A DNA stretch of 64,000 bases. Source: Pseudomonadota bacterium (GTDB lineage Bacteria > Pseudomonadota > Gammaproteobacteria > JAKAQQ01). The stretch is from contig DAHWSH010000002.1 of NCBI GenBank assembly GCA_027338645.1, forward strand, positions 24,510 to 88,509. Direction: 5' to 3'. This document shows, piece after piece, positions 1 through 10,304 of this stretch. The position numbers and the translations under genes were made by a program. The notes beneath the pieces are model-generated. The model made no database searches. It had not been told where the DNA came from and saw nothing but the letters and a program-made list of their open reading frames with translations. Numbering within the stretch: the stretch's first letter is position 1; the number at the start of each line of letters is the position of its first letter.

Positions 1-795
1 CATGACAAACACACCCAGTTCATTCGCTGATCCAAACCGGTTTTTCACAGAACGGATCAGGCGGTAGCGGCTTCCCGCATCGTTTTCGAAATAAAGGACG
101 GTATCCACGAGGTGTTCCAGAACCCGTGGGCCTGCGATAGCACCCTCCTTGGTCACATGGCCGATGATAAACAGGCAGATTCCGGTCTTTTTAGCCAGCC
201 GGACAAGCGCTGCGGTGGATTCTCGTAACTGCGTCGCGGAACCGGGAGGAGATTCTGTCAGATCGCTATAAATGGTTTGAATCGAGTCGATCACGGCGAG
301 ACGCGGACGGGCCTGCTCGAGCAGGGGAAGAATGGTTTCAAGATGCGTTTCTGCAACCAGAAAAAGCTGCTCGCCCTTGAGACCGAGACGCTGGCTCCGA
401 GCAGCCACCTGTTCGGGTGATTCTTCGCCGCTGACATAGACCACAGGCTCATCCTGGGCAAGAAGGGCGGCCGCCTGGAGCACCAGCGTCGACTTTCCGA
501 TTCCGGGATCACCTCCCACCAGTACGACGGAGCCAGTCACCATTCCGCCTCCCAGTACCCGATCCAGTTCCGGTATGCCCGAGCTTCTACGGGCCTGATG
601 TTCACCGGTAATCTCATGAAGGGTCAGAAGACGAGAAGGCTCAGTGGGCCGGGCCTTCCCGGATCGACGGGTCGGCATGACACTTTGTCTCTCGGTCAGC
701 GTATTCCAGGCTCCACAGGCCGGACAACGCCCGGTCCAGCGAGGAGCTTCTGCTCCGCAGGCATCACAGCGGTAGGGTGCAACGGTTCGTGGCAT
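1..795 (-). CDS. radA: DNA repair protein RadA (first ~265 codons; the 3' end runs off the left edge)
   Basis: My translation of the minus strand from the ATG at 795 gives MPRTVAPYRCDACGAEAPRWTGRCPACGAWNTL (zinc-finger N-terminus), Walker A GGDPGIGKSTLV, and ...NELGVFVM at the window edge. It is absent from the ORF track because there is no stop in the window. Confidence 0.9.
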   Translation of the reverse strand, partial: MPRTVAPYRCDACGAEAPRWTGRCPACGAWNTLTERQSVMPTRRSGKARPTEPSRLLTLHEITGEHQARRSSGIPELDRVLGGGMVTGSVVLVGGDPGIGKSTLVLQAAALLAQDEPVVYVSGEESPEQVAARSQRLGLKGEQLFLVAETHLETILPLLEQARPRLAVIDSIQTIYSDLTESPPGSATQLRESTAALVRLAKKTGICLFIIGHVTKEGAIAGPRVLEHLVDTVLYFENDAGSRYRLIRSVKNRFGSANELGVFVM

Positions 796-1915
796 AGCCA
801 TCCTGTGTCTCTGAGACCCGCGATCCCCGCCATTCATGGCGAACCCTTTGGGCCACCCCGCACAAGAGTTCATAGGGAATGGTACTGGCACAGCGCGCGA
901 CTTGCTCGACAGGCAATCCTTTTCCCCACAGCACAACCGGCGTTCCCACGGGTTGCGGTTCTGATCCGAGGTCAACGGCAATCATGTCCATGGAGACCCG
1001 CCCGATCAGTGGGTAAATCCTCTCCCCTACCCGAACCGGGGTACCCCCAGGGGCGTGATAAGGATAGCCATCCCCGTAACCCGCGGCGGCGATCCCAATC
1101 CAGCCGTCCCGTCGGACCTGCCAGGTCGCCCCATATCCCACCGTATCTCCCCGCTTGACGGGTTTGACCGCCATCAGTGCTGTAGCTAGGGTCATCACGG
1201 GTTCAAGCCCGAGTGCCTCTGCCGAGACAGTCTCCAGTGGTGAGACCCCGAACAGCATCAGACCAGGCCTGATCCAGTCGGCGGCAGCTCCCGGATAATT
1301 CAGGACGGCTGCTGAATTGGCCAGGCTCCGGTGGCCGGGAAACCCTCTGGTCACTTCGTCAAACCGGTCGATCTGAACCCGGGTCATCGGGTTGTCCGTC
1401 CGGTCCGCCATGGCCAGATGGGTCATGAGGCCCGGCGGTTCTCGACTGAGTGAAAGCAGACGGGGGTATACGGACTGAACATCGGAGGGAGGGAAACCCA
1501 ATCGGTTCATACCTGTATCGATCTTCAGCCAGAGGCGGGGCCAATCCGTGATCTCCCGAACTGCCTCCAGATGCTCAAGTACCGACTCTGCATGAACCAC
1601 GAGCTCGAGCTCGGCTTGCCTAGCCTGGAACACCTCCTCACGGCTGAATACTCCTTCCAGAATCATCACACTCGTCCGGATCCCCCCTTCACGCAGGCAA
1701 AGTCCCTCCTCCAGAGAAGACACTGCAAAACCCTCCACACCACCGGAGAGGGCACGTGCCACCGGTAAAAGTCCATGGCCATAACCGTTTGCCTTGATGA
1801 CCGCCCAGATACGGGATTGCGGAGCCCGATTCCGGACCACGCTTAGATTATGGCGCAAGGCCCCAAAGTCGATTCGGGCACAGGTTGGTCGGCTCACGGA
1901 GCCCAGGCTGCACAA
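764..1915 (-). CDS. alr: alanine racemase
   Basis: 383-aa ORF with the PLP-site motif VIKANGYGHG and overall Alr-like length. It follows dnaB, as in Pseudomonas. The 5' end is uncertain and the 3' end overlaps the radA start by about 32 nt. Confidence 0.9.
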   Translation of the reverse strand: MCSLGSVSRPTCARIDFGALRHNLSVVRNRAPQSRIWAVIKANGYGHGLLPVARALSGGVEGFAVSSLEEGLCLREGGIRTSVMILEGVFSREEVFQARQAELELVVHAESVLEHLEAVREITDWPRLWLKIDTGMNRLGFPPSDVQSVYPRLLSLSREPPGLMTHLAMADRTDNPMTRVQIDRFDEVTRGFPGHRSLANSAAVLNYPGAAADWIRPGLMLFGVSPLETVSAEALGLEPVMTLATALMAVKPVKRGDTVGYGATWQVRRDGWIGIAAAGYGDGYPYHAPGGTPVRVGERIYPLIGRVSMDMIAVDLGSEPQPVGTPVVLWGKGLPVEQVARCASTIPYELLCGVAQRVRHEWRGSRVSETQDGYATNRCTLPL

Positions 1916-1933
1916 AGCGAAAAGCCGGGTATC

Positions 1934-3307
1934 TCACCCATACCGTGACTCATCCGCCAGGTTTTCAAAACGGGTATACGGAGCGAGAAAAGCCAAACGG
2001 ATCTCACCGATAGGACCGTTCCGGTGTTTTCCAATGATGACCTCGGCGACTCCCTGATCCGTTGATTCCCGGTTATACATTTCATCTCTGTAGATGAAGG
2101 CGATGAGGTCTGCATCCTGCTCGATGGTTCCGGAATCCCGGAGATCCGACATCACCGGACGTTTGTTGGGGCGCTGTTCTAGGTTACGGTTGAGCTGCGA
2201 AATAGCAATCACCGGGATATTCAGCTCCCGGGCCAGTGACTTGAGATCCCGCGAGATCTCGGAAATTTCCATGGTCCGATTCTCGATAACTCGGGCGGTC
2301 TGCATCAGCTGGAGATAATCCACAATGACAAGACCCAATCCATGCCGGTGCTTGAGGCGTCTGGCCCGGGCACGGACTTCTGTCGGTGTGAGGCCGGGCA
2401 TGTCGTCGATAAACAGGGGGATTCCTGTCAACAACTGTACTGTTGCCGTGAGTCTGGGCCAATCGTTTTCCTCGAGGCGACCCGTCCGGAGATGAGACTG
2501 GTCCACACGGCCCAGTGAAGAGAGAAAGCGGAACACCAACTGTTCCGCTGACATTTCCATGCTGAAGATCGCGGTAGGAACCTGATATTTGATGGCCGCG
2601 TGTTCAGCAATATTCAACGCGAAACTGGTTTTCCCGCTTGAAGGACGACCGGCCACGACAATCAGATCTCCATTCTGGAGACCCGACGTCATGCGATCGA
2701 ACTCTGAAAGACCCGTGGCAACTCCGGTAATAGGCTGCTTAGAATGATACAGGGTGTCGATCCGGTCGATTGTCCGGTTGATCACCTGAGGCAAATCAAC
2801 AAAGGTGTCCCGCCCACGAAACCGTTCGTCTGAGAGGCGAAAGATGCGTGACTCCGCATGATCCAGAACTTCCACAAGACTCCGTCCCTCCGGACGCATG
2901 GCCTGTTCTGTGATCTCGCTGCCCGCACGGATTAACTGTCGAAGCAAGGACTGTTCACGAATGATGGTGGCATAAGCCAAGGTATTGGCAGCGGTTGGGG
3001 TATCGTGGAGCAGTTGAACCAGATAAGCGGTTCCACCGGCCTCGTCCAGCCGACCGGTTTGGGACAGGTGGTCCGTAAGGGTCACCAGATCAACCGGTTT
3101 CCGCGCCTGGAAAAGCGCCAGCATTGCCTCAAACAGGGTCCGGTGGTCGTTCCGGTAAAAATCTTCGGATCGAACGATATCCGAAACTTCGGGCCACATC
3201 GTGTTGTCGAGGATCAGCCCCCCGAGAAATGCCTGTTCCGCTTCGTCCGAGTGTGGGGGTCCTTGGATCAGAAGCCCGGCAGATTCATGCGGGCGGTCGA
3301 GACTCAT
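1934..3307 (-). CDS. dnaB: replicative DNA helicase DnaB
   Basis: 457 aa. It has the N-terminal PPHSDEAEQAFLGGLILDN, Walker A GRPSSGKTSFALN and LVIVDYLQLM motifs typical of DnaB. Confidence 0.95.
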   Translation of the reverse strand: MSLDRPHESAGLLIQGPPHSDEAEQAFLGGLILDNTMWPEVSDIVRSEDFYRNDHRTLFEAMLALFQARKPVDLVTLTDHLSQTGRLDEAGGTAYLVQLLHDTPTAANTLAYATIIREQSLLRQLIRAGSEITEQAMRPEGRSLVEVLDHAESRIFRLSDERFRGRDTFVDLPQVINRTIDRIDTLYHSKQPITGVATGLSEFDRMTSGLQNGDLIVVAGRPSSGKTSFALNIAEHAAIKYQVPTAIFSMEMSAEQLVFRFLSSLGRVDQSHLRTGRLEENDWPRLTATVQLLTGIPLFIDDMPGLTPTEVRARARRLKHRHGLGLVIVDYLQLMQTARVIENRTMEISEISRDLKSLARELNIPVIAISQLNRNLEQRPNKRPVMSDLRDSGTIEQDADLIAFIYRDEMYNRESTDQGVAEVIIGKHRNGPIGEIRLAFLAPYTRFENLADESRYG

Positions 3308-3316
3308 GGACGCCGA

Positions 3317-3769
3317 CTAGGCTTCGGATTCGACTCGGAGAATGAGGTTGGCTTCCACATCGGTATGCAGGTGGATCGTCAGCTCTTCGTCCCCAAGTTC
3401 GCGGACTGGACCATTCGGCATCCGGACATGACGACGTTCCAACTGGATACCCAGGATTTCCCGGATCTGTTCAACCACATCCTGGGGTCCAATGGATCCG
3501 AACAGACGTCCTTCAGGTCCCGCCTTGACCCGGATCACAAGAACCTGTCCCTGCAATTTTTCGAGGGAGGTCTTGGCCTCTTCAAGCAGACGATGGGCTT
3601 CGGCTTCCAGTTCAGCCCGGCGCTCTTCAATTTTGCGAATGTTCTCGGGCGTTAGCGGCAGTGCTTTCCGTTGCGGAATCAAAAAATTCCGGGCATAGCC
3701 GGGTCGCACGTTGACCTGCTCGCCGATGTCACCCAGATTCTCAACCTTTTCAAGCAACACGATCTGCAT
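3317..3769 (-). CDS. rplI: 50S ribosomal protein L9
   Basis: MQIVLLEKVENLGDIGEQVNVRPGYARNFLIPQRKA from the ATG at 3769. The ORF-track start at 3790 is a 7-codon upstream extension. Confidence 0.95.
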   Translation of the reverse strand: MQIVLLEKVENLGDIGEQVNVRPGYARNFLIPQRKALPLTPENIRKIEERRAELEAEAHRLLEEAKTSLEKLQGQVLVIRVKAGPEGRLFGSIGPQDVVEQIREILGIQLERRHVRMPNGPVRELGDEELTIHLHTDVEANLILRVESEA

Positions 3770-3836
3770 GGCACTTTCCTCAAAAACCAAAAAAACGGGC
3801 AGATGATTCCTGCTGACTCACCACGGGATCACCGGC

Positions 3837-4793
3837 TCAGATGGCCCTCGCCGCTCGCGGGGGGAAAAAATTATCTGCAAACCCGACCAGCATCAACACC
3901 ACCCAAAGGTATGCACCCAGCATGGCGAGTGCTGAAACCGGAGGTCCAAGAACCGAACCAAAAAAACTGGAAACCAGCAGCAGGTAGACTATAAGTCGCC
4001 CCCAAGCCAGTTGCGGATGTGATTTCACCCAGCGCTGTACGACCGCGAGCCCCTGATAAATGAACATGATTGCGAGTACAAACGCGAAATTGTCAAACAG
4101 GTCGGATTGGGCCATTGCCGCCACGATCACCACCAAGGCAAAAAGGAACGAGGCCGCATAGCCACAGCGATAACTGCGGAACTCGTCACCAAACCGGCCA
4201 GGCTTTTCCAGACGCATCTGCAACCAGCGGGCAGCCAAAAGAAACAATGAAACACCAAACACCAAGAAAGCAGCAAAGGTTCCGATCAGCCAAGGCGCAT
4301 GAGTCGTCACCACGCGGCCCAGAGCATGGTAAACCGGCTGGTGCTTGAAATAACGTCCCATGGATTCCTCAAACCAGTGTGACCAATACTGCTGAGGATT
4401 GGGAACCAGTACCCGAAACAAAAAAACACCGGCTAACCCAAGTAAGGATGTGATTTCCACCACCAGGGACAGGGAGCGGCCAGATCCGATGAGAGAAGCC
4501 AGTACAACCAGCACAAACCAAAACCCGGTCAGCTCAATCAGGGAAAGGATGCTTTCGGTCGTCAAACCAGATTTCCCCGGACGACCCATGAGCTCTAAAG
4601 CGATCAGCCCAGCCAGGATCAGGATGGCATAAACCATCGTGCGGGAGCCGGTCCAGAAACCTTTCCGCATGGCGACGAGCGCAAGCACCAGCCCGGCCAG
4701 CGGGGTAAAAACGACTGAAAGAACAGCCAGATCCGAAAAAAGCGCAGCCGCAAGGTCGTGCTCAGAAATCCATTCGCTAAAACGGTTCAGCAT
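3837..4793 (-). CDS. polytopic inner-membrane protein of unknown function (possibly DUF2232-type)
   Basis: 318 aa with many hydrophobic helices. It sits in the conserved slot between rpsR and rplI, where Pseudomonas and Bacillus also carry a membrane protein. The family assignment is from memory of that context only. Confidence 0.5.
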   Translation of the reverse strand: MLNRFSEWISEHDLAAALFSDLAVLSVVFTPLAGLVLALVAMRKGFWTGSRTMVYAILILAGLIALELMGRPGKSGLTTESILSLIELTGFWFVLVVLASLIGSGRSLSLVVEITSLLGLAGVFLFRVLVPNPQQYWSHWFEESMGRYFKHQPVYHALGRVVTTHAPWLIGTFAAFLVFGVSLFLLAARWLQMRLEKPGRFGDEFRSYRCGYAASFLFALVVIVAAMAQSDLFDNFAFVLAIMFIYQGLAVVQRWVKSHPQLAWGRLIVYLLLVSSFFGSVLGPPVSALAMLGAYLWVVLMLVGFADNFFPPRAARAI

Positions 4794-4869
4794 GGCCGCA
4801 CTATCGGGGTCCGGGAAACGGACATGGAGCCACTCGGGACCGAAGCACGGAAGCAGCGCAAACGCAGGA

Positions 4870-5091
4870 TCAATGCCGGTCCGTGTAGGGCAGAAGCGCC
4901 AAGTACCGAGCCCGTTTGACGGCCAGGGTCAACTGCCGCTGAAACTTGCTGGTTGAACCCGTGAGACGGCTCGGGATGATTTTTCCGGTTTCGGTCACAT
5001 AGTTTCGCAACGCTTGAAGGTCCTTGTAATCAATCTCCGCGTGATCGAGTGTGGGACGGGAAAAGCGTCTACGACGGTAATACTGCGGCAT
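4870..5091 (-). CDS. rpsR: 30S ribosomal protein S18
   Basis: [13 protein letters not shown]...[26 protein letters not shown]...[14 protein letters not shown] from the ATG at 5091. The ORF-track start at 5163 is an extension. Confidence 0.95.
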   Translation of the reverse strand: MPQYYRRRRFSRPTLDHAEIDYKDLQALRNYVTETGKIIPSRLTGSTSKFQRQLTLAVKRARYLALLPYTDRH

Positions 5092-5113
5092 GATATCGGT
5101 CTCCTCTAAAAAC

Positions 5114-5647
5114 TCAGTCGGCGGATCCGTTGGCGCCGGCCAAATCCGGATCCATTTCTTCATTCTGGTCTTCGTCCTCTACTTCCGGCGTCAACTCCAA
5201 GTCCTGCTCTGCCTTTTCAGGTTCTGTTTCCTCGGAACTCGACCCACCCGCCCCGGCAGCAGCAGCACGCGCAAGCATTTCCTGCTCGAGCTGCTCTCGT
5301 TCCCGGGCATCTTTTTCTTCGCGATCTCGAAGCAACGCAGTCGGCTCGACCTGTGCAGTATCCCGTCGAACAATGAGGTGCCTCAAGACCACGTCATTGA
5401 AGCGGAACGCCTCCTGTAAAGCGGCCAGTGTCGGCGAATCACACTCGATGTTCATCAGTGCGTAATGCGCTTTGTGAAGCTTGTGGATCGTGTAGGTGAG
5501 TTGCCGGCGCCCCCAATCCTCCGAACGATGAACTACCCCGCTGCCGGATTCGACCAGCGTTCGGTAGCGTTGTAGCATTCCGGGGACTTGTTCGCTCTGG
5601 TCGGGATGGACCAGGAAAACCACTTCGTAATGACGCTTCAAGGTCAT
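5114..5647 (-). CDS. rpsF: 30S ribosomal protein S6 with a long acidic C-terminal extension
   Basis: The N-terminus [21 protein letters not shown]...[14 protein letters not shown] is S6-like. The last ~65 aa are rich in Glu/Asp. Confidence 0.9.
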   Translation of the reverse strand: MTLKRHYEVVFLVHPDQSEQVPGMLQRYRTLVESGSGVVHRSEDWGRRQLTYTIHKLHKAHYALMNIECDSPTLAALQEAFRFNDVVLRHLIVRRDTAQVEPTALLRDREEKDAREREQLEQEMLARAAAAGAGGSSSEETEPEKAEQDLELTPEVEDEDQNEEMDPDLAGANGSAD

Positions 5648-5765
5648 GACCTCCTTACGGACGAAGGCCCCGCTCGGGGCAAGGAGTGGATGGGCGACTT
5701 GCTCACTCTAGAGGCCCTGGCGGGCCTGGAGTGGACGTCAGTTTAACGGAGAATCCCCCCGAAGG

Positions 5766-6638
5766 TCAACTTCCGCCGTCCGGATTCCGGACAGAAGGCC
5801 CCGTTTTGCCGTTGCCACAGACATTGCCTCCTTCCCGGAAAGCATTCTGCCGTCCGATTTCGTAAAGCGCGATGGCCACGGCCACAGAAACATTGAGGCT
5901 TTGCATCCGGGGGGACATGGGAATTCTCAGGATCTCATCACAAGTCTCCTTCGTGAGCCGCTTGATTCCAGCCCCCTCTCCGCCTGCGACCAAGACCGTC
6001 GGCTGATCAAATGACCACTCATGGAGGTTTCGCACCCCTCCATGATCCAGTCCCAAAACCCAGAAGCCCGACCGCCTAGCCTGCTCCAGGCACCGCACGA
6101 GATTCGGGACAACACAGGAGGGTACCCGGTCCCCCCCCCCTGAGGCGCTTTTGAGCGCGGTGGCATTGAGGGGCGCAGACCGGTGACGAGGCAGCACAAC
6201 TCCGGAAACACCAAATGCAGCCGCAGAACGTAGACAGGCTCCCAGGTTGCGGGGGTCCTGGATTCCATCCAGAGCCAAGAGCAGTCGATAGCGGTCAGGG
6301 TTACCGAGCCAGGTCTCTATCCCTTCTCCCGGAGTTCCTGGGCCGTTCCCCAGGCCTGATCTAACCTCAGCCACGATCCCCTGATGGATCCCCTCCTGGG
6401 CCAACTGATCTATCACAGAACGCTCCACCTCACAAATCTGCACCCCAGCGTGCTCCAGGGTCTCCCGCAAGGCATGCACCCGCCGGTTCCGGCTGCCCTT
6501 CTGCACGTAAAGTCGTTCCAGGGGACGCCCACCTGTCCAGGCGGCTTCCACGGCATGGAGACCATATATCCTGTCCAACGATTCAACAGCCCAGACGTTC
6601 GACAAACCCCAGATCGAGTTTGCCTTCCTCAAGGTCAA
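5766..6638 (-). CDS. rlmB: 23S rRNA (guanosine-2'-O)-methyltransferase RlmB (SpoU/TrmH family)
   Basis: IYGLHAVEAAW..., LLALDGIQDPRNLGACLRSAAAFGV and IPMSPRMQSLNVSVAVAIALYE motifs. It lies directly downstream of rnr, as in E. coli. The start is uncertain: in-frame TTG codons at 6638, 6605 and 6578, the last being 4 nt after the rnr stop. Confidence 0.85.
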   Translation of the reverse strand: MTLRKANSIWGLSNVWAVESLDRIYGLHAVEAAWTGGRPLERLYVQKGSRNRRVHALRETLEHAGVQICEVERSVIDQLAQEGIHQGIVAEVRSGLGNGPGTPGEGIETWLGNPDRYRLLLALDGIQDPRNLGACLRSAAAFGVSGVVLPRHRSAPLNATALKSASGGGDRVPSCVVPNLVRCLEQARRSGFWVLGLDHGGVRNLHEWSFDQPTVLVAGGEGAGIKRLTKETCDEILRIPMSPRMQSLNVSVAVAIALYEIGRQNAFREGGNVCGNGKTGPSVRNPDGGS

Positions 6639-8757
6639 TCTTCAGAATCTTGACCCGCAGGCGGTCGCCCAAAGCAAAGACTTGTCCCCGGTGCTCGCCT
6701 GTCAGGTTTCCCTGCTTGGCTTCGTGGTGATAGTAATCATCCGGCAGATTGGAAATATGCAGCAGCCCGGAAACCAGGAAACGTTCCAGTTCAACGAACA
6801 GTCCGAATCCGGCAACGCCTGTGACCAGGCCGTCAAAGGACTGGCTGACCTGTCGGCTGAGATAGCTGAGCTGACACCATTGCAGGGCGGCACGCGACGC
6901 CTCATCGGCTCTTCGCTCCGTATAGGAACAGTGCACGGCCAAGGACGGCCAGTCAATTCCGGGAACATCCAGTTGGCGCAGCCCCCGGTGAACCAGAAGG
7001 TCCGGATAGCGACGGATGGGTGATGTAAAATGGCAATAGTGGCGCAAGGCCAGACCAAAGTGGCCACGGGGCGAAGGATCATAGCTGGCCCGCGACAGGG
7101 TGCGCAGCATTAACATCTCAATGACACTCCGTTCCGGCCGATTCGAGACCTGATGGAGCAACCGGATAAAATCCCGCGGTTCGGGATGATGGCCACCGCC
7201 CAGAGTCAACCCCCACACCGAAAGAGCCATGCGTAAATCGGAGAGACGGTCCAAGGTCGGAGGTGAATGCACGCGGTACAGCACCTCCGCTTTCTTTTGC
7301 TCAAGCCGACGCGCGACTTCCGTATTGGCCAGAATCATACATTCTTCAATCAGCCGATGGGCGTGGGTACGCTGTCGGATCTCAATGCCCACCACATGGC
7401 CATCCGAGCCAAAGACAATATGCGGCTCACGGCTCTCGAAATCGATGGCGCCCCTTTTTTGGCGTACCCGGCACAGTTGCTCATAAAACGCATAAAGAAC
7501 CTGAAGCGGCTCGAGGACCGTACTCAGTCGGCGTTGTGCCGCAGGATCTGCACTTTCCAGAGCGCAGGCCACTTCCTGGTAAGTGAGGCGCGCATGGGAA
7601 TGAATGACCGCCGGATAAAAATGGCTGCGTCGCAGCTCTCCTTTCTCTGTGAGCTCCAGATCCGCGACGTATGCCCATCGATCCTCACCGGGTCGCAGGG
7701 AACACAGGTCATTGGAAAGACGTTCGGGCAACATGGGAATCACCCGATCAGGAAAATAGACCGACGTCCCGCGGTGGGCTGCCTCTCGATCCAGAGCCGT
7801 TCCCGGGCGCACGTACTCGGAAACATCGGCAATGGCCACAATCAGCCGGAAACCGCCCCCTGCAGTCCGTTCCGCAAAAACAGCATCGTCGAAATCCCGT
7901 GCATCCTCCCCGTCGATCGTCACCAGAGGAAGATGACGGAGATCTCGTCGCTCGGCTCCATAAGGCGGGCGGGGTGACTCGAGGGCTTCCAACTCGGCCA
8001 ACACATCGGCGGGCCAGCCGACGGGCAGAGAAAAACTGGTCACGACCAGGTCCTGGCCGAGCTGAGGTGATTTCTGCTGTCCCAGAATTTCAAGGATTTG
8101 GACAACCGCAGACTGCCCTCTTCTCGGATACTCGAGGATCTCAACCTTCACGAAATCACCCTCGTGCGGGATCTTCCGGTCATCTGGAGAAACAACGAAA
8201 TCCGTGAAGAGTCGAGGATGGTACGGCGTCACAAAACCCACATTCCGCTGGACAAAGTAACGGCCCGATACGACGTGGTGCGCCCTCTCGATGACTTCGA
8301 TCAACCGGGCGGAGGGCAGCCCTTGGGAATCCAGAGCTATCCGCGTTTGGATCCGGTCGCCATCCATGAGGGTCACCATTTCTGCAGGGGGAATCGGGAT
8401 CCGTTCGCCCCCCTGCAGGGGTTCCAGGTAACCGAAACCATCCCGCTCCGCACGAACTCTCCCCGTGACGATCGGCAGGACCCGCACCAGGCACCACTGG
8501 TTCCGGCGGTTCTGGATCAGCTCGCCATCTCGTCGCATAGCCTGGAGGCGACGTTCCAAACCCTGGATGAGCTCCGGGTCTTCAAACCCAAAAGTCTCGA
8601 TCAGGGTCTCGCGATCCACTGGTTGTCCCATGGCCTCGAACCATTGCGAGAGAAACAGTCGACTGGGCAACGGGTTGGCATATTGCCGGCGTTCGCGCTC
8701 ATAGAGCGGATCCTGATCCGGCCAGAGGGGCACAGGGGGCGAGGGAGAGTGGATCAT
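6583..8757 (-). CDS. rnr: ribonuclease R
   Basis: The RNB catalytic region (TIDGEDARDFDDAV, SVYFPDRVIPMLPE, HFGLAL..YCHFTSPIRRYPDL) plus a C-terminal S1 domain. I place the start at the ATG at 8757 (MIHSPSPP...DPLYERERRQYANPLPSR) because the ORF-track start at 8820 lies inside the tRNA-Leu promoter. Confidence 0.9.
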   Translation of the reverse strand: MIHSPSPPVPLWPDQDPLYERERRQYANPLPSRLFLSQWFEAMGQPVDRETLIETFGFEDPELIQGLERRLQAMRRDGELIQNRRNQWCLVRVLPIVTGRVRAERDGFGYLEPLQGGERIPIPPAEMVTLMDGDRIQTRIALDSQGLPSARLIEVIERAHHVVSGRYFVQRNVGFVTPYHPRLFTDFVVSPDDRKIPHEGDFVKVEILEYPRRGQSAVVQILEILGQQKSPQLGQDLVVTSFSLPVGWPADVLAELEALESPRPPYGAERRDLRHLPLVTIDGEDARDFDDAVFAERTAGGGFRLIVAIADVSEYVRPGTALDREAAHRGTSVYFPDRVIPMLPERLSNDLCSLRPGEDRWAYVADLELTEKGELRRSHFYPAVIHSHARLTYQEVACALESADPAAQRRLSTVLEPLQVLYAFYEQLCRVRQKRGAIDFESREPHIVFGSDGHVVGIEIRQRTHAHRLIEECMILANTEVARRLEQKKAEVLYRVHSPPTLDRLSDLRMALSVWGLTLGGGHHPEPRDFIRLLHQVSNRPERSVIEMLMLRTLSRASYDPSPRGHFGLALRHYCHFTSPIRRYPDLLVHRGLRQLDVPGIDWPSLAVHCSYTERRADEASRAALQWCQLSYLSRQVSQSFDGLVTGVAGFGLFVELERFLVSGLLHISNLPDDYYHHEAKQGNLTGEHRGQVFALGDRLRVKILKIDLEEGKLDLGFVERLGC

Positions 8758-8784
8758 GTGGGCGTCGGGACTGGGGGAATCACG

Positions 8785-8814
8785 TTGACCGCTTGGTACG
8801 AACTCGGCTATATT
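8785..8814 (+). promoter_or_regulatory. sigma-70-type promoter for tRNA-Leu
   Basis: TTGACC (8785-8790), an 18-nt spacer, then TATATT (8809-8814). The mature tRNA 5' end is at 8824. Confidence 0.55.
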
Positions 8815-8823
8815 GCACATCGA

Positions 8824-8908
8824 GCCGAGGTGGCGGAATTGGTAGACGCGCTGGTTTCAGGTACCAGTGGAGCAATCCGTGGAGGTTCGAGTCCTCTCCC
8901 CGGCACCA
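8824..8908 (+). tRNA. tRNA-Leu (anticodon CAG), 85 nt including encoded CCA
   Basis: GCCGAGGTGGCGGAATTGGTAGACGCGCTGGTTTCAGGTACCAG...GGAGGTTCGAGTCCTCTCCCCGGCACCA. It folds into a cloverleaf by hand with a long variable arm, and is very similar to E. coli tRNA-Leu1, including the A5-C68 mismatch. Confidence 0.9.
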
Positions 8909-8948
8909 TACGCGGACGATGGGCATGGAAAATCGCCGGGCCCGGTTC

Positions 8949-10304
<1,356 letters not shown>

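Noticed and set aside
8758-8820. ATG at 8820 as the rnr start (the longest ORF)
   Set aside because: It lies across the tRNA-Leu promoter, 4 nt from the tRNA gene on the opposite strand. Homology to RNase R begins only after the ATG at 8757.
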